Below, one piece after another: positions 62,495-64,000 of a stretch of 64,000 nt of DNA (positions are counted from its first letter, which is position 1; each line of letters starts with the position of its first letter). The notes beneath the pieces are model-generated. The model saw only the letters and a list, made by a program, of their open reading frames with translations, was not told the origin of the DNA and did not search any database. The position numbers and the translations under genes were made by a program. Source of the DNA: Microvirga sp. Lineage in GTDB: Bacteria; Pseudomonadota; Alphaproteobacteria; Rhizobiales; Beijerinckiaceae. The DNA lies in the NCBI GenBank assembly GCA_036562855.1, contig DATCJK010000008.1, forward strand, positions 45,252-109,251, read 5' to 3'.

Positions 62495-62777
62495 CGGCGT
62501 GAACCTTGAGCAGGGAGAACTCGGGCGGCCCCGGCATGGCGGGGCCCCGACTTTTCACAGATAGGCGGATTGTCCGGCCCCGCAAGCGAAACGGCGGCCC
62601 GTCCGGGTGCGACACGTTCCTCGACCGGTCGGACCAGGATGATCGGCGTCCCATCGGGGGCGAGGCATTCGGCGAATACGACAACGGCGCCCCATGGAGG
62701 GAGCGCCGTGTCGAAAGGCGGCTCGGCAAGGCGATCTAAGGACGGCGCGCCCGCGAGAACGCGCGTCTCATGTCGCC

Positions 62778-63413
62778 TTAGCGGCTGTACTGGCCCTGCA
62801 TCTGGCGCTGGAAAGCGTAGGGGCTTTCCTGATCGCCGATGCCCGGCGCCTCGCGCGATGCGCGGAGCGGAGCCCCGTCGGCCGGGGTGAGAAGCGCCTG
62901 CGGCGGGTCGCTGATGTAGCGGCGCTTGAGGCCCTGCGGATCGAGCTTGGCGGCCGCCTCCTGGGGCAGACGCAGCTCCTCGGGGGTCATGCGGCTCTTG
63001 TCGTCGCGCTTGTCGCCGTAGCCCCGGCCGGCCTGGCCGCCGCCGATGCGGCGCCCGGCGCGCATCTCGTCGATCGAGAGGCGCTTGCCCTCGTTCAGGC
63101 GGTAGGTCTGGCGGTTCATCTCCGGGGTGGCTTCCTCGATGGCGGCCCGGCGGGCCTCCGTCACATCCGGATCCTTGGGCCAGTTTGGCGCCCGGGCCTC
63201 GACCGAGGTCGGGTCCACGGGAGCGCGCAGCTCCATCTTCGGGGGCAGCACGAGGGGGGCGCGCTCCCGGTATTCGATCTTCGGCGGGTCCTTCGGGATG
63301 ATGCCGATCGAGCCCAGAAGGTTCTTCATGGCAACGCCTTCCTGCGCGGACGCGCCGGAGGCGGCGATCAGCGCAGCCGCGCAGACTGCGAAACGAACGG
63401 CAAAACCCTTCAT
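62778..63413 (-). CDS. DUF3035-like exported protein
   Basis: Signal peptide MKGFAVRFAVCAAALIAASGASA, then the Pro-rich RAPLVLPPKMELRAP motif typical of DUF3035. I chose the start at 63413 because of a GGGGAG SD sequence. Confidence 0.7.
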   Translation of the reverse strand: MKGFAVRFAVCAAALIAASGASAQEGVAMKNLLGSIGIIPKDPPKIEYRERAPLVLPPKMELRAPVDPTSVEARAPNWPKDPDVTEARRAAIEEATPEMNRQTYRLNEGKRLSIDEMRAGRRIGGGQAGRGYGDKRDDKSRMTPEELRLPQEAAAKLDPQGLKRRYISDPPQALLTPADGAPLRASREAPGIGDQESPYAFQRQMQGQYSR

Positions 63414-63550
63414 GGCTCCCCACCTTTGGCCTTGTTTATGGCCCCGCATGGCTGATGGCCGATTGAGGCGATCCTGTGGCGGCCCCGGGCACGAGCCCTC
63501 AAGCCATTCGCAGGCGCCACCCCCTGGAGCGAAGGAGCCGGCGCGAGCCA

Positions 63551-64000
63551 TCAGGCCCTCTGCAGGCGCCTCTTCTCCAGGACGAAGGAGTCATAGAGCA
63601 AGCCGACCACGCCCGCAACGATGGCCGCATCCGCCACATTGAACACGTACCAGGAGAACGAGCCCACGTGGAAATGGATGAAATCGAACACGGCTCCATA
63701 GGAGACCCGGTCGATGACGTTGCCGATGGCGCCGCCCACGATGAGCCCCAGGGACGCGGCCAAGAGCCGCCCCGTGGTCCGGCGGATCCAGATCGTGAGG
63801 CCGAAGGCCGCCGCGAGGGACACGAAGACCAGGATCCAGCGCCCGAGCTCCGAATGCTGCTGGAATAGCCCGTAGGAAATCCCCCGGTTCCAGACGACGA
63901 TCAGGTCGAGGAAGGGCGCGAGCCGCACGGGCTCGCGAACCGGCAGGTCGTAGACGAAGAGCATGTAGAGCTTCGACGCCTGATCGAGCAGGAGCGTGAC
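63551..64000 (-). CDS. lspA: Lipoprotein signal peptidase (signal peptidase II), N-terminus beyond the window edge
   Basis: LspA motifs [19 protein letters not shown] and FNVADAAI. The frame stays open to position 64000 (…[11 protein letters not shown]…), so the gene is truncated by the window. Confidence 0.9.
   Translation of the reverse strand, partial: VTLLLDQASKLYMLFVYDLPVREPVRLAPFLDLIVVWNRGISYGLFQQHSELGRWILVFVSLAAAFGLTIWIRRTTGRLLAASLGLIVGGAIGNVIDRVSYGAVFDFIHFHVGSFSWYVFNVADAAIVAGVVGLLYDSFVLEKRRLQRA

Noticed and set aside
62495-62777. Protein-like translation (…AVVVFAECLAPDGTPIILVRPVEERV…) in the 283-bp gap between the DUF3035 gene and the M16 peptidase gene, plus the 77-aa plus-strand ORF at 62506..62739.
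   Set aside because: The minus-strand frame has no ATG/GTG/TTG start after the DUF3035 stop and simply continues a shadow ORF. The plus-strand ORF has no SD sequence and an Arg/Gly-rich composition. I cannot exclude a degraded pseudogene remnant.

Overview
The window is very GC-rich by eye (GC content was not computed). It looks like chromosomal core DNA from an alphaproteobacterium, probably a Rhizobiales or Methylobacterium-like organism; that placement rests on gene order and protein features, not on a database search.

Gene content, start to end:
- 1-5.2 kb: the 3' end of a uvrD-type helicase, then a small stress-type cluster (exported two-module Cys protein, Mn catalase, SDR), prmA, and a pair of small ORFs.
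- 5.5-9.3 kb: aminopeptidase P, azlCD and an AraC regulator.
- 9.4-35.2 kb, all on the minus strand: ligA, recN, bamD and lpxC, followed by a complete division and cell-wall (dcw) cluster: mraZ-rsmH-ftsL-ftsI-murE-murF-mraY-murD-ftsW-murG-murC-murB-ddl-ftsQ-ftsA-ftsZ.
- 35.6-39.0 kb: RNase P RNA (rnpB), a lytic transglycosylase, a glycine-zipper lipoprotein, a DjlA-like J-protein and an AmpD-type amidase.
- 39.1-42.9 kb: a MacAB-like tripartite ABC efflux set (adaptor, ATPase, permease).
- 43.4-49.1 kb: a sahR-metF-metH methionine operon.
- 49.2-54.4 kb: LysE and DMT exporters, AMP nucleosidase, a HisKA_2 histidine kinase and an SDR.
- 54.5-64.0 kb: ettA, mutL, pgi, an M16 peptidase pair, a DUF3035 protein and a truncated lspA.

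I found no transposase, integrase, CRISPR array, phage genes or recognisable defence cluster, and I cannot point to a convincing novel multi-gene system.

The leads worth a second look are mostly regulatory or structural:
1. Two perfect and three near-perfect EcfG-type general-stress promoters (GGAAC-N16-CGTT). One precedes a 63/62-bp tandem repeat in the leader of the HisKA_2 kinase.
2. A shared AT-rich 8-4-8 palindrome in front of both the sahR-metF-metH operon and the neighbouring LysE exporter.
3. A 74-codon and a 34-codon ORF separated only by an in-frame TGA.
4. Two gene-junction duplications, at the ABC ATPase/permease junction and at the ftsI/murE junction.
5. A 119-residue LTXXQ-like insertion in the MacA-type adaptor.
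6. A dispersed family of CTCTCCC/GGGAGAG hairpin repeats.

All calls rest on reading the sequence and the ORF-track translations. No searches or computations were run.
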